The notes beneath the pieces were generated by a model. It was given only the letters and a program-made list of their open reading frames with translations, ran no database searches and was not told the DNA's origin. A program made the position numbers and the translations under genes. From Rhodothermales bacterium (GTDB lineage: Bacteria > Bacteroidota > Rhodothermia > Rhodothermales > JAHQVL01), in assembly GCA_045106435.1 (NCBI GenBank), contig JBGCEN010000084.1:9231-73230 (forward strand): a DNA stretch of 64,000 nt, read 5' to 3'. Of the stretch, positions 28,345 to 38,373 are shown piece after piece; the first letter of the stretch is position 1, and every line of letters begins with the position of its first letter.

Positions 28345-28663
28345 GCTCGTTTTAGCCTTTTGTCTATTTTTCCCTGCAATAAATGCGCATTACAGCATGA
28401 TATCGGAAACTGTCCCTCGAATAGAGGCTTGAAAAGGGGCATATATAATTAGGCGAATAATACTTCAGTAATTTATTTCCTAATAAACTGAAAAGTTTAT
28501 AGTACCGGGTAAGTTTTTGATGGTAAGAAGTGAAGAAATTTCATCATCTTCTTTTCTTTACATTCCCACATAGATTCGTGCCAGTACGTATTAACTTGTC
28601 AGAGAACCAGCGTGTGAACAATGAGCTATTGCTATCGCGTCAGATCAGGCGGGAAATAAGATA

Positions 28664-29377
28664 TTGAAACAGTTGAAAAATATGGTGCGGCGCCTTAAAT
28701 GGCTAATAAGGTCAGCACAAGGAAAAGATTTATACTATAAGCCTCAAGTTCGTGTCGATGTAGAGTCGATGGGAGGGGCTCCAGAGACCGGGTATGGGGC
28801 CTGGCCGGTTTGTGCTCATATGCTGGATAAGGATAGCGTGGTTTATGCGGTGGGTATTGGTGAAGATATCTCTTTTGATCTGGCGCTGGTTGATCGTTTT
28901 CAGCTCACGGTACATGCTTTTGACCCAACGCCGGCATCATTGGCATGGCTTGAGAAGCAAGACCTGCCGGCTTCGTTTGTGTCATACCCTTTAGGACTGG
29001 CCGGTTACGATGGGACGGCTGAGTTTCATGCGCCGGCGAATCCAGCACACGTTTCTTTTTCAATGAGTCATCAGGCGGGAAATCTGAACGAGTCTGTTGT
29101 TGTAGATGTGAAGCGACTCTCTTCCTTAATGGCAATGCTTGGCCATTCACACATCGACGTGTTGAAAATGGATATCGAAGGAGGTGAGTATGACGTGATT
29201 GCAGACCTTGTTGCCACCGAAATAGACGTGAAGCAGTTGCTGGTAGAGTTTCATCATCGCATTCCTGGAATTGGATTGGATCACACACGGAAAGCTGTTT
29301 CGCAACTGAATGAAGCCGGCTATAAAATAGCTTATGTGTCGGCTATCGGAGAAGAGTATCTTTTTGTTAAAACCTAG
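28664..29377 (+). CDS. FkbM-family methyltransferase
   Basis: VYAVGIGEDISFD (SAM-binding loop) and IDVLKMDIEGGEYDVI are typical of Methyltransf_21/FkbM. The track start is TTG 28664; there is an alternative ATG at 28682. Confidence 0.8.
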   Translation: MKQLKNMVRRLKWLIRSAQGKDLYYKPQVRVDVESMGGAPETGYGAWPVCAHMLDKDSVVYAVGIGEDISFDLALVDRFQLTVHAFDPTPASLAWLEKQDLPASFVSYPLGLAGYDGTAEFHAPANPAHVSFSMSHQAGNLNESVVVDVKRLSSLMAMLGHSHIDVLKMDIEGGEYDVIADLVATEIDVKQLLVEFHHRIPGIGLDHTRKAVSQLNEAGYKIAYVSAIGEEYLFVKT

Positions 29378-29795
29378 GGTGTGCATTTATTTGGCGGACG
29401 TGCTTTTGGGGTGCGCAAAAAGCACGAACGCTTCCTTAAAGGATACTTGGGAGGTTTGTTCTTTTTGCGCGGCCAAAATGAACCAAAAAGGCCGCCCATC
29501 AAATAATTGCACGCTTTTATCCCCAATCGCGCATTCCATATCCAGGGTCTGTTAATGCTTCGTTATCTTTTTGAATTACTGCCACAAGACCCTGGCTAAA
29601 CGCTTCGATAAAAGTCCTCGCACAACGCCACGCATTTGATGGGATATCCCACGCAGATCTTAGTCGATTTATCTGTGTCTGGAGCGGGGCCTGCGTACCA
29701 TATTTTAAATGGCAAAGAGCTGAAACGGGAAGAATTATATCATAACCCTCCCCCCATCTCTTTCAGCTTGTAAGTATTTGCAAAAACGTTCTCCA

Positions 29796-31676
29796 CTACT
29801 TGACAACCGTAAACGGAATGGACCGCACGTCTTTATCGGTGCGGAGGGCGAGGAAATATTGTCCCGAAGCCAGGTTCTGAGGATTCCATTTGATTAAATG
29901 ATAGCCGGCAGGGAGTTCGCCTGACGAAATGACAACGCGTTCGCGTCCCTGGGTATCAAATACAAGCAGCTCAAAGGTTCTCTGAATTCGAAAGCCCACT
30001 CTGATGGTGGCTTCACTTTTTACAGGATTGGGATAAATCTGGTCTAGAATCAATTCTCCCGGTAACTGGTCACCTGATCGCCGTTTTTCTGGTTCTTCGC
30101 CCCCGGTACAGGTAGACGATGTTTTGGTAACATAATTATACCGGATACACGAAGCATTCGCCCAGAAGGAACGTTCGTCATGATCTCCTGAATTGTGATC
30201 TTTGATGCGAACATCTACTTCTGCTTCATAAGGTGTTTCTGGAAGCGCGTATTTGAAGCCGGCTTTTGTCCAGCCAGACCATGCCGAGTAGAATTCGTCC
30301 AGACTATCTCTTGAACGATAATTCCATTGTACCTCGATGCCATTGGTGAGTCGCATATTGGGGCGGATCTCCCAGTTATTATGGGTATTTGTTGGCGTGG
30401 TAAATTCTTCAATGCGCCACGGGGTAAGTTCGCCATGCGATAATTTCTCCTGGTCAAGATTCACGCGTGGCCAGTTGCGCGCTCTGAATGCTTTTACATC
30501 ATCTCGTATCTCAGCATCGGTTAACTTGCTGTTTGGACTGTAATAAAACCAGTCTATTTCAAGCACACTGGTCTCTCCTTCAGCAAGGACGATCTCTCTG
30601 TTGGGCGGATGCATGCCCAGTGTAACCAGTAGCGGTAAGGACCGCTCATTGAGGGGTGCTCTGGACGACATGGAAAGAAAACTTCCCTGCTCATCTAACT
30701 CGGTAAACATCGAAAATAAAGCATCCTTGCCATCGTATTGGATTGTTAGCTGCACCCAACGCTCTACGTCATCGGGTGGAGCAATAAAATTCATACAGGT
30801 AATGGGGTTCGCGATGTTCGTTACCACCTGGTCAACCGTTATCGAACAGGTGAAGGGGGCCGGGTCTTGTGCCAATTCGTTTCGGAGGGGAATCCCGCCG
30901 GCTGTTTCGCCTGTCTCGAATGCTGCACCTACTGAAAAGCCGTACATGTGTATACCGTTGGCCATATAGGTGCGTGTGTTCAGGGCGGGCAATTCGCCTT
31001 CAGGGAATGGCTGTCCTTCATATCCAAGTTCATCAACCCATAAGTTGCCGGGCGCCCAAACGTCATTGCTCAGCAGGGAGTCTATACCTGTGCTATCTGG
31101 TAGTAGATCTAACGCAAACCAGTTTTGCCATTCGAAATTAAATTCACTCCACTGCGCTATACCTGTTCTTTCTTTTGAGGACGCAACAGGGGAAATAATC
31201 CAGAATGCCTGTGTGAAGTATGGGATCAACTCAAGGTCATCAAAGCGGGCATTGACTGACCAACTGCCTGTTTCGCGGAGGAAGCCAGATTGCATTTGTA
31301 TCGGGACAGTATTGGGTATGTCATACTGCCGGGTGTAGCCGGCATTTGCTTCTAATTGGAGACTGCTGCCTGATTCGTTGTTGTTGAGTTTGAATGCTGC
31401 GCTCGGATGTATCGTTCGGCCCAGTGCATGCCATCGCCATTGGTAATAATACCACGCCTGGTCTTTAAAAGAATTGTCGCCACTGCGATCATGCCACGAA
31501 CTTAAACCGAACAAGAGCTCTCCTGTAGCCGCCTCAGGATAGCCGGTCGCATCATAATCAAAATCATCAAAAATGACCTGGTATTCAGGCAAAGAGCCAG
31601 AATTCTGTGCAATGGCAGCAGTGCCTAAAGATGCCCACAGCAAAAGAATCAGTAATCTGAAAGGTATGGGTTTCAT
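29796..31676 (-). CDS. Secreted T9SS cargo protein embedded in the polysaccharide locus, function unknown
   Basis: Signal peptide (LLILLLWASLGTAAIAQ). C-terminal CTD IYPNPVKSEATIRV...LLVFDTQGRERV...SGQYFLALRTD. I could not assign the catalytic family from the sequence alone. Confidence 0.65.
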   Translation of the reverse strand: MKPIPFRLLILLLWASLGTAAIAQNSGSLPEYQVIFDDFDYDATGYPEAATGELLFGLSSWHDRSGDNSFKDQAWYYYQWRWHALGRTIHPSAAFKLNNNESGSSLQLEANAGYTRQYDIPNTVPIQMQSGFLRETGSWSVNARFDDLELIPYFTQAFWIISPVASSKERTGIAQWSEFNFEWQNWFALDLLPDSTGIDSLLSNDVWAPGNLWVDELGYEGQPFPEGELPALNTRTYMANGIHMYGFSVGAAFETGETAGGIPLRNELAQDPAPFTCSITVDQVVTNIANPITCMNFIAPPDDVERWVQLTIQYDGKDALFSMFTELDEQGSFLSMSSRAPLNERSLPLLVTLGMHPPNREIVLAEGETSVLEIDWFYYSPNSKLTDAEIRDDVKAFRARNWPRVNLDQEKLSHGELTPWRIEEFTTPTNTHNNWEIRPNMRLTNGIEVQWNYRSRDSLDEFYSAWSGWTKAGFKYALPETPYEAEVDVRIKDHNSGDHDERSFWANASCIRYNYVTKTSSTCTGGEEPEKRRSGDQLPGELILDQIYPNPVKSEATIRVGFRIQRTFELLVFDTQGRERVVISSGELPAGYHLIKWNPQNLASGQYFLALRTDKDVRSIPFTVVK

Positions 31677-31941
31677 AACACACGTTAAGGTTGATGCTAT
31701 GCTTTAACTAAGCAATAGAATGACAATTCAATCGGTAACAATGTGCATGTAGTGCGTTAGGTTTTATTTTGACGGTTTTGGGTGAGAAGAGAACAAAGTG
31801 TACGAGGGATATGAAAAAGGGTGCTGGAGTCAAGCGAAGCAACCCGTATTAACTTTTGCTTGCATAACCTAATACTATGACTGAAAAAGAGCGGGCGGGA
31901 TTCCCTTCTGGTCGAATTTATTTTTGAGATGAAGGAGGTGA

Positions 31942-33144
31942 TTATCTGTTACAGGCTTTTTCGAATACTTGTTCAAAAAAATCTGTGATTTTATCTATGT
32001 CGAAACGATTCTCTGCAAGGCGCCGTGCTTGCCGGCCTTGCTCGTTTCTCAATGACGCATTGTCTACTAGTTGACGAGCTGCGGCAACAAACTCATCTGA
32101 GTTACCCGGTGCACACACAAGGCCGGCGCTATTGGATTTGATCATCTGAGATGCCTGGTTGTCCGCTGGTACAGCCATTAAAAGCGGGCGGGCAGCGCAC
32201 ATGTACGTTAGCACCTTTGATGGCACTGAGTAAATTCCTGCTGCTTCCTCAAGCAAGGTAAGGGTAACATCAGCGGTGGCGAGGACCTGGGGGAGTGTGT
32301 CAATGGGTTGATAGGGTAAGATCAGTAAATTTGACAAGCCGAGGGCTTGTTTTTGATCTTGAAGCCACGATGCTCCCAAACCATTCGAGGCGACCACAAT
32401 TTTTATCTCTGGCTGCTGTTGGAATGCTTGAGCCAAATCTACGAGCAATTGCGGATTGTGCTTCATGCTCAGCGTGCCGGCATACAGAAAGCAAAACGTA
32501 TCGTGCAAGCCTTGCGAACGTGACCACGCGTTTTCTTTGCTTAATTCAGGCAACTGATCCAGGGGAGCCCAGTTGGGTTGCAGCCAGAGCTTGTTTTCTT
32601 GAATTGTTGCATCCCTGAGAAACTGGATAAACAATTCGGAGATGCCAACGATGGCGTGACTTTGCCGCAGGAGCTTTTTCTCCAGCGAAATGTAGTGTTT
32701 GCCAATCAACGCGCCGGCAACCGGGATTTTACGGCTGAGGATATTGTACGATGCCAGGCCCAGTAAATCTTGCAGCCAGAATACGAAAGGGTATCCCTGT
32801 TTTTTACAGGTTTTGAGTAGTGTTTTTTGTGCATCCAGTGGCGTATTTGCTGAAAGCACCAGGTCAGGCTTAAACGCGCGGACTGATTTTGAGACGGCAT
32901 ATCCATACTCAGACTCCTGCCGCCATCGCTTCAAGAAGTTGTATTTGTTGAGTACTTCTTTTAACTCAATGGGCTCAATCTCAAGATTAGGGAGGTCTCT
33001 GCCGGCTTCCGAATTTACTCCCGGTGGCGTTGTTTGGTGTGATCCATAATACGCATGAAGCACCTGATGGCCACGTTCTGCAAGCGACGTGCTCAGTTGA
33101 AAAGGAAATGCGTATCCCCCAAAATCATGGATGTAGAGACGCAT
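31942..33144 (-). CDS. Glycosyltransferase, WcaI-like (GT4)
   Basis: MRLYIHDFGGYAFPFQLSTSLAERGHQVLHAYY is the typical WcaI-family N-terminus. The start at ATG 33144 abuts the upstream stop at 33146-33148. Confidence 0.8.
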   Translation of the reverse strand: MRLYIHDFGGYAFPFQLSTSLAERGHQVLHAYYGSHQTTPPGVNSEAGRDLPNLEIEPIELKEVLNKYNFLKRWRQESEYGYAVSKSVRAFKPDLVLSANTPLDAQKTLLKTCKKQGYPFVFWLQDLLGLASYNILSRKIPVAGALIGKHYISLEKKLLRQSHAIVGISELFIQFLRDATIQENKLWLQPNWAPLDQLPELSKENAWSRSQGLHDTFCFLYAGTLSMKHNPQLLVDLAQAFQQQPEIKIVVASNGLGASWLQDQKQALGLSNLLILPYQPIDTLPQVLATADVTLTLLEEAAGIYSVPSKVLTYMCAARPLLMAVPADNQASQMIKSNSAGLVCAPGNSDEFVAAARQLVDNASLRNEQGRQARRLAENRFDIDKITDFFEQVFEKACNR

Positions 33145-33145
33145 G

Positions 33146-34306
33146 TTATTGTCCAGCGCTTTTGGCTGCAAGGTTAATGGCACCGATTAAGCCGTCAACC
33201 ATGTGGTCCAGGCTAAGGTTCTGTTCAGCATATGTAACCGCGCGTTGCGCATATTGCGCTGAATCAGCCAATACGGTTTGGATGGCATGAATCATCGCCT
33301 CCTGATTGTCACGTGGTACAATAATTCCGTTTTCACCATCAACAATTGATTCAACTTCGGGACCGTGAAATGGAAGGTTGCCGGGTGCTGCCTGCGTGAT
33401 CACCGGAAGGCCCAGTGAAAAGGCATGATTGACAACCAGTCCCACATACCCGGGAAGCAGCATCAGGTCAGCGGCATACATGTAGGGTGCCGAAGCATCC
33501 AGTGCAGAGATCGGGCCCAGCATATGTACATCCTGGAGGTCCAGTTTTTTGATTTGCTGTTCCATGTTCGCTTTCTCCGGCCCTCCACCAATAACAAGCA
33601 AGGTGGCCGGCTGTTTACTTCTTATCTCATGGAAAATGTTTAACAGCTCTTCTGTGCCTTTTCTCTTTACAAGTTGTGCGACAAACACAAAGGTTGGTTG
33701 ATTTTCTGGAAGCCCGAGGCGTTTGCGGACTGCCTGTTTTCCTTCCTGCTCCAGCTTGATTCTGAGCGAAGAGAGCGTATTCGTGTCCATTGCATTTTGT
33801 GCAACGAAAAGTTTTTTATCGTCTACAAAAGGCTGTAAGTAGGCTTTGGATTGCCGGCTGTAGCATGCACAAGCTTCAACCCCCCGGGCCATGTTGATCC
33901 TGTACCTTTGCAGCGGATGATTGCCGGAAAAAGGGCGATGCACAGAATAGAAAATACCCCATAAAACACGGCCGGCGCCAAGCTTCTTTGCTTTTCTCAA
34001 CAGAAAAGGAAGCGTAACAGAACGAGGTGACTCTTCTGCAAGCACAACAGACGGCGGACCAAAATCGCGAAATGCCTTTTTGAAGGGTTGTGCGTGTACG
34101 GTTGTGTCTTTATACCAGTAGTTTTTCAGGATGCTCTGCTTGAATGTCCCCTTTTGCTCATCCATCAAAACGGGGTTGCCATTCGGAGGCTGCCCGTGAA
34201 ATACCACCAGTCTATTGTCCAGCCGCTCGTTTAATCGCTCAATAATAGGGAGGCGATAAGCCGGAAGCATGCGAGTGAAATAAAAAACAGGGCGCGATTG
34301 ATTCAT
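33146..34306 (-). CDS. Glycosyltransferase (GT4/GT1-like)
   Basis: GT-B C-terminal region LLVIGGGPE...ADLMLLPGYVGLVVNHAFSLGLPVITQ. Confidence 0.75.
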   Translation of the reverse strand: MNQSRPVFYFTRMLPAYRLPIIERLNERLDNRLVVFHGQPPNGNPVLMDEQKGTFKQSILKNYWYKDTTVHAQPFKKAFRDFGPPSVVLAEESPRSVTLPFLLRKAKKLGAGRVLWGIFYSVHRPFSGNHPLQRYRINMARGVEACACYSRQSKAYLQPFVDDKKLFVAQNAMDTNTLSSLRIKLEQEGKQAVRKRLGLPENQPTFVFVAQLVKRKGTEELLNIFHEIRSKQPATLLVIGGGPEKANMEQQIKKLDLQDVHMLGPISALDASAPYMYAADLMLLPGYVGLVVNHAFSLGLPVITQAAPGNLPFHGPEVESIVDGENGIIVPRDNQEAMIHAIQTVLADSAQYAQRAVTYAEQNLSLDHMVDGLIGAINLAAKSAGQ

Positions 34307-34311
34307 TTTCT

Positions 34312-35574
34312 TCAGGCCAATCCGGTTGGCCGTACGCTTCTAGTGGTTTGTATATACTTGCCGACAACTGCTATGGTGAGAAAAAACGCGGTAATCACAG
34401 TTGTCAATGCTGCGCCGGTAATGCCTTCTTTGGGAATCAGTACGAGATTCATGGCCAAATTCAAAAGGAAGGCAATTCCCGAAACGATGGCCAGATACTT
34501 CTGCTCATTCATGGCAGTGAGTGCCGCAGAAAGAAGCAAGTAAATGCAGTTCATCGGGAAAGTCCAGACAATTAACGCGAGCACAGGGATAGACGCTTCA
34601 AAAGATGGATCAGGTGCAATGAGACCAATGATCAGTTCTGCATAGATCGTGCAGAATGCCGCAATAGGCAGGCTGAGCAGCAGGAGGCCGGCGATACCTG
34701 ACTGCGATAGTTTTCTGAATTCGGCAAATTTCTCTTCATGCCAGTAGCTCGAAAACCGGGCAAACAATCCAGCTACAATGACTGTCGGGAGAAGAATTGA
34801 TGCATCCAGAATGCGGAAGGCAACACCATACTGTCCGGTAGGGGTTTCGCCTAACATGTATTCAATCATCACGGCATCTGTTCGGTAATAGAGCACTGCA
34901 AAAATGCCGGCGGCTCCAAGGGGTAAACTGTAAACCACAGTTCGCTTGATAAACTGCCAGTCAAGTCTGGCCTTGTCCAGACGCGCGACATTTTTGGAAA
35001 TCCATGAAGCGTTGATTATTGTCACGATCATCATGCCGGCGGCCATGCCGGCAAGGGTCCATTCAGGCTTCCGTGTCCATAACAAACAGGCCGTTCCTAA
35101 TCCAACAACCAGCAGTTTTTCAATCAAAAGAAAAACGGCTTCTAATTTCAAGTTTTCGTGGGCCTGAAAAATAGCACGATTAAAATTGGTGATATTCAGG
35201 CTCAATGCATAGATGCTGGCAAAAATAAGGGCGATGAATGCCGGCCCTTCATAGCCAAGCAGGGTGCCAAGAGACAAGGCCAGAAGCCACGCGCCGAAAG
35301 ACAGCACAAGCCGCAGCAGCATAATATTAGAAAAGTACCTGGATGCGGACGACCGATCTTTTGCGATTTCTCTAACGGAATATCGAATGGTGCCCAGATC
35401 AGTAAATAAACTCGTGAGCACGGCCAGGCTCAATGTTGAGGTGAGGATACCGTAGTTAAATGCACCCAGGATATTGACGCAAAGTATTACGTTAAAGCCA
35501 AACCAGATAGGCTTTACAAGAATGCTGGCAGCGCCAAGCCAACTGATATTTTTAAGGATGCCTTTAGATTGCAT
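34312..35574 (-). CDS. Oligosaccharide flippase (Wzx-like, MOP superfamily)
   Basis: 420-aa polytopic membrane protein. The N-terminus ILKNISWLGAASILVKPIWF is typical of polysaccharide biosynthesis (PST) proteins. Locus context supports the call. Confidence 0.75.
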   Translation of the reverse strand: MQSKGILKNISWLGAASILVKPIWFGFNVILCVNILGAFNYGILTSTLSLAVLTSLFTDLGTIRYSVREIAKDRSSASRYFSNIMLLRLVLSFGAWLLALSLGTLLGYEGPAFIALIFASIYALSLNITNFNRAIFQAHENLKLEAVFLLIEKLLVVGLGTACLLWTRKPEWTLAGMAAGMMIVTIINASWISKNVARLDKARLDWQFIKRTVVYSLPLGAAGIFAVLYYRTDAVMIEYMLGETPTGQYGVAFRILDASILLPTVIVAGLFARFSSYWHEEKFAEFRKLSQSGIAGLLLLSLPIAAFCTIYAELIIGLIAPDPSFEASIPVLALIVWTFPMNCIYLLLSAALTAMNEQKYLAIVSGIAFLLNLAMNLVLIPKEGITGAALTTVITAFFLTIAVVGKYIQTTRSVRPTGLA

Positions 35575-35577
35575 ACA

Positions 35578-37101
35578 CTAGGAAGAGGGAGGTGTAGAGG
35601 AGCCCCCTTTAAGATGAGTGTTCTGCATGCCATCGTTTTTTACATCGTCGTTTTGTATACCATCGTTTTGCAAGCCATCGTTCTGAAGCGCCATATACCG
35701 ATGCCATCTGCCGGCAACAAGTCCGGTTACAAGCGCAATGGTGATCGTGCCTGGATCTACAAGGAGCAGGCTTTCGGTGGTTGCTGCGAGAGATATCGAG
35801 ACAAGACAGCTTAGTGCACCGATGGCCAGGAGCTTATCCTGAAAACTCGTACCCTGGAATTTTACCAGGAAAAACGCCTTCTTGATGCTCATTAAATAGA
35901 ATGTGCCTATCAAGCCGAGTCCTATTAATCCGTGCCGGTAGAATACGCCGATGTAAACGCTATGGATGTGGCTTTTAACCATGGTTACTTCTCTTGTCAG
36001 GTCAAAAAACCTGAATTGAACGCCATATCCATGGCCGAGAACGGGCGACAGTTTGATGGCTTCCCAGGCTGCAGACCATTCGCTAAAGCGGTTTATCAGG
36101 GAGATGTCTTTACTGGTTGCTGTTTGCAGGGAGCTAAATCGATCCAGGAAGCTGGTGAATACGAGCAGGAAGTATTCGTTTAGGAAAATGAAACCAATAA
36201 ATAAAATGGCCAACAGTCCTCCTGTACCAAGAAGCAGCAAGCGCCGGCGTTGTTTTCCTTCTGATACGAGGAAGGTAATTCCTCCGCCCAACGCAGTTGC
36301 AACCCAGAGAGATCTGCTCTGCGTAATCAGCACGCCGGCTGCAAAGGGAATCAACAGCGCAAGTGCAAATAATCTATACTTGTTTGACGGCGCATAAACG
36401 ACATGTACACCCAGTCCGATGACCATGGTCATCATAAGCAATTCATTGGATCGCACCCGTTCTTCTGCAATTCGCCACAGCTCAACGGCAGAAGTCAAGT
36501 CGGTGTAGTACTCGTAAAAGTTAAGCGCCACCAGGATAAGGGCAAGTGCACACACCGATCCTAGAATAATTCTGACGCCATTTTCATGGCGGTAACAGGC
36601 TTCCTTGATCGGAAAGTAAATCGCAAAAACCGTCATGGGTACCCATTCACTTATGGCTATTGCAATCTTGCCACCAAAAACGATCGTGAGGTACAGCGTG
36701 CAGGTCGTGTAAACAAGGTATAAGAAGAAAAGCCAGTCAGCAGCGTCTTTGAGTACCGTCTGTTTATAGAAAAAAGACCTACTCACAAACCAGTAGATGA
36801 GATAGCCTATCAAATAGGCATGAAAGACCATCTCAAGTATAGCAAGCGTAGGATCTTTTCTAAGAATGAGAAAGAAACCAAGCAGCGTGAGACTGAGGGC
36901 GCGTAGTGGGTCTTTGAGCAGAATGCCGGCTGTAATACCCAGTAAAATTGCCAGAGGCAGTACGGCCAGATAGCTTGAGTACAACCACGTGGCCATTGCC
37001 AGCACAAACAATCCGAATGTAAAGCAAAGGAGCAGCGCAAAATTACCCCATTGGCGAAACCGGTCAGATTGGGGCAAATGTGGAGATATGCCGGAATGCA
37101 T
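35578..37101 (-). CDS. O-antigen polymerase/ligase-like membrane protein (Wzy-like) with a repeat-containing C-terminal tail
   Basis: Polytopic membrane protein with a Wzy_C-like loop (ITQSRSLWVATALGG). The C-terminal tail is LQNDGLQNDGIQNDDVKNDGMQN, from a 15-bp tandem DNA repeat near 35620-35690. Confidence 0.7.
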   Translation of the reverse strand: MHSGISPHLPQSDRFRQWGNFALLLCFTFGLFVLAMATWLYSSYLAVLPLAILLGITAGILLKDPLRALSLTLLGFFLILRKDPTLAILEMVFHAYLIGYLIYWFVSRSFFYKQTVLKDAADWLFFLYLVYTTCTLYLTIVFGGKIAIAISEWVPMTVFAIYFPIKEACYRHENGVRIILGSVCALALILVALNFYEYYTDLTSAVELWRIAEERVRSNELLMMTMVIGLGVHVVYAPSNKYRLFALALLIPFAAGVLITQSRSLWVATALGGGITFLVSEGKQRRRLLLLGTGGLLAILFIGFIFLNEYFLLVFTSFLDRFSSLQTATSKDISLINRFSEWSAAWEAIKLSPVLGHGYGVQFRFFDLTREVTMVKSHIHSVYIGVFYRHGLIGLGLIGTFYLMSIKKAFFLVKFQGTSFQDKLLAIGALSCLVSISLAATTESLLLVDPGTITIALVTGLVAGRWHRYMALQNDGLQNDGIQNDDVKNDGMQNTHLKGGSSTPPSS

Positions 37102-37109
37102 GGATCAGC

Positions 37110-38354
37110 CTACCGGTCTTCAGATGTGCGCGCGCCTTCCGTGATGGTATGCAAGTGTTTTTGCATGATAGGGTAATTTGCCTGCCACCACGCTCGTGCC
37201 AGCACATACAGCAAAACAAGAATAAAACCAGTCATTGTAGCTACAATCACAATGATTGAACGTTTTGGTTTTGATTTCTTGAATGGGGGTATGGCTTTAT
37301 CTATAACTTGTACAGCTTGAAAGGTACGTTCTTCCTGAAATCTGGCCTGGTCATACAGAGGCGCAATGACCTCGAGTAGACTTTTTTGGATTAGTCCTTC
37401 CTGTTCTAGCTGTAGAAACTGACGCATAATGGCCGGCACCTCTTCTTGTGCAACCGGCAATATTCGTTCTTGTCCTTCCAGTGCACCTTGTGTTTTTTCT
37501 TTGGCCGCAAGAAAAGCCAGTCGTGCAGATGCAACCCTGAGATTGTCTTTTCCATACTGACTAAGCAGTACCTGGTATTCTATTTCCAGAGCAATTTCTT
37601 CGGCCCTCATCGCGGCGAGCTGCTCAAAGAAACCAACAGCCTGCGTCTGAATGTCAAAAACGCCGTGCTCTTCCTGGAAAGCCTGCGTGCGTTTTTTTAG
37701 CGAATCCAGTTCTGCAAGCACTTCAGAGTAGCGCTGTTCAACAAACCGGCGGTAGTGCCCTGCATCTTGAGATGACAACGCCATATTCACTCTGTTCAGC
37801 TCGCTGACAAAGAAATTGGCCATTTCAGCTGCGCGTTTCGGGTCTTGATCGGTTACGTTTATGGTCAAATAGCCAAATTCAAGGTCGATACTGAACTCAG
37901 TATTATCCGCAATGGTCTCAACAGCAGAACCCATGGGGTCTTCACTGTCCGTCGCTTCATAAACAGTGATCAAATCAAATTTATTGACAACTTCCTCGTA
38001 CACCGTGCGGCTGGTCATGATCGAAATGTAGCGCTCATAATCTCCTCCTCCGCCAATTCCAAGAAACGAAGAAGCCGCTGAAGACAGGTTCTTGAGCATC
38101 GCAGCAGAGATGGGGCTTGCTCCGCCAGACTCAGGTGATAACAGGCGCGTGGAAGATGTGTACCACTTGGGCAACAAAAGAGAGATGACGACCGATAAAA
38201 CTGCAACGATTCCGGTTACGATGACAATTAATCCCCTGCGTTTGTAAACCGTTCTGGCAAGCAGGAAGAAGATTTCACGAGCGCGTGCCTTCCTCTCTTG
38301 ATCATAGCGATGCAAAGCTTCCGGGGTGGGATTATCCGATGAATTAGCGTCCAT
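37110..38354 (-). CDS. Polysaccharide chain-length determinant (Wzz/GumC-like), no kinase domain
   Basis: N-terminal TM (LIVIVTGIVAVLSVVISLLL), a long coiled-coil periplasmic region and a C-terminal TM (IIVIVATMTGFILVLLYVLA). I saw no Walker motifs. Confidence 0.7.
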   Translation of the reverse strand: MDANSSDNPTPEALHRYDQERKARAREIFFLLARTVYKRRGLIVIVTGIVAVLSVVISLLLPKWYTSSTRLLSPESGGASPISAAMLKNLSSAASSFLGIGGGGDYERYISIMTSRTVYEEVVNKFDLITVYEATDSEDPMGSAVETIADNTEFSIDLEFGYLTINVTDQDPKRAAEMANFFVSELNRVNMALSSQDAGHYRRFVEQRYSEVLAELDSLKKRTQAFQEEHGVFDIQTQAVGFFEQLAAMRAEEIALEIEYQVLLSQYGKDNLRVASARLAFLAAKEKTQGALEGQERILPVAQEEVPAIMRQFLQLEQEGLIQKSLLEVIAPLYDQARFQEERTFQAVQVIDKAIPPFKKSKPKRSIIVIVATMTGFILVLLYVLARAWWQANYPIMQKHLHTITEGARTSEDR

Positions 38355-38373
38355 ACGTAGAAAGAGAAATAAC

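Noticed and set aside
29378-29795. Protein-like minus-strand frames without start codons (..LRSAWDIPSNAWRCARTFIEAFSQGLVAVIQKDNEALTDPGYGMRDWG* and MECAIGDKSVQLFDGRPFWFILAAQKEQ...) in the convergent spacer after the FkbM gene
   Set aside because: I could not assign them to any family or join them into a coherent ORF. They may be a gene remnant, but the evidence is too weak to call a feature.
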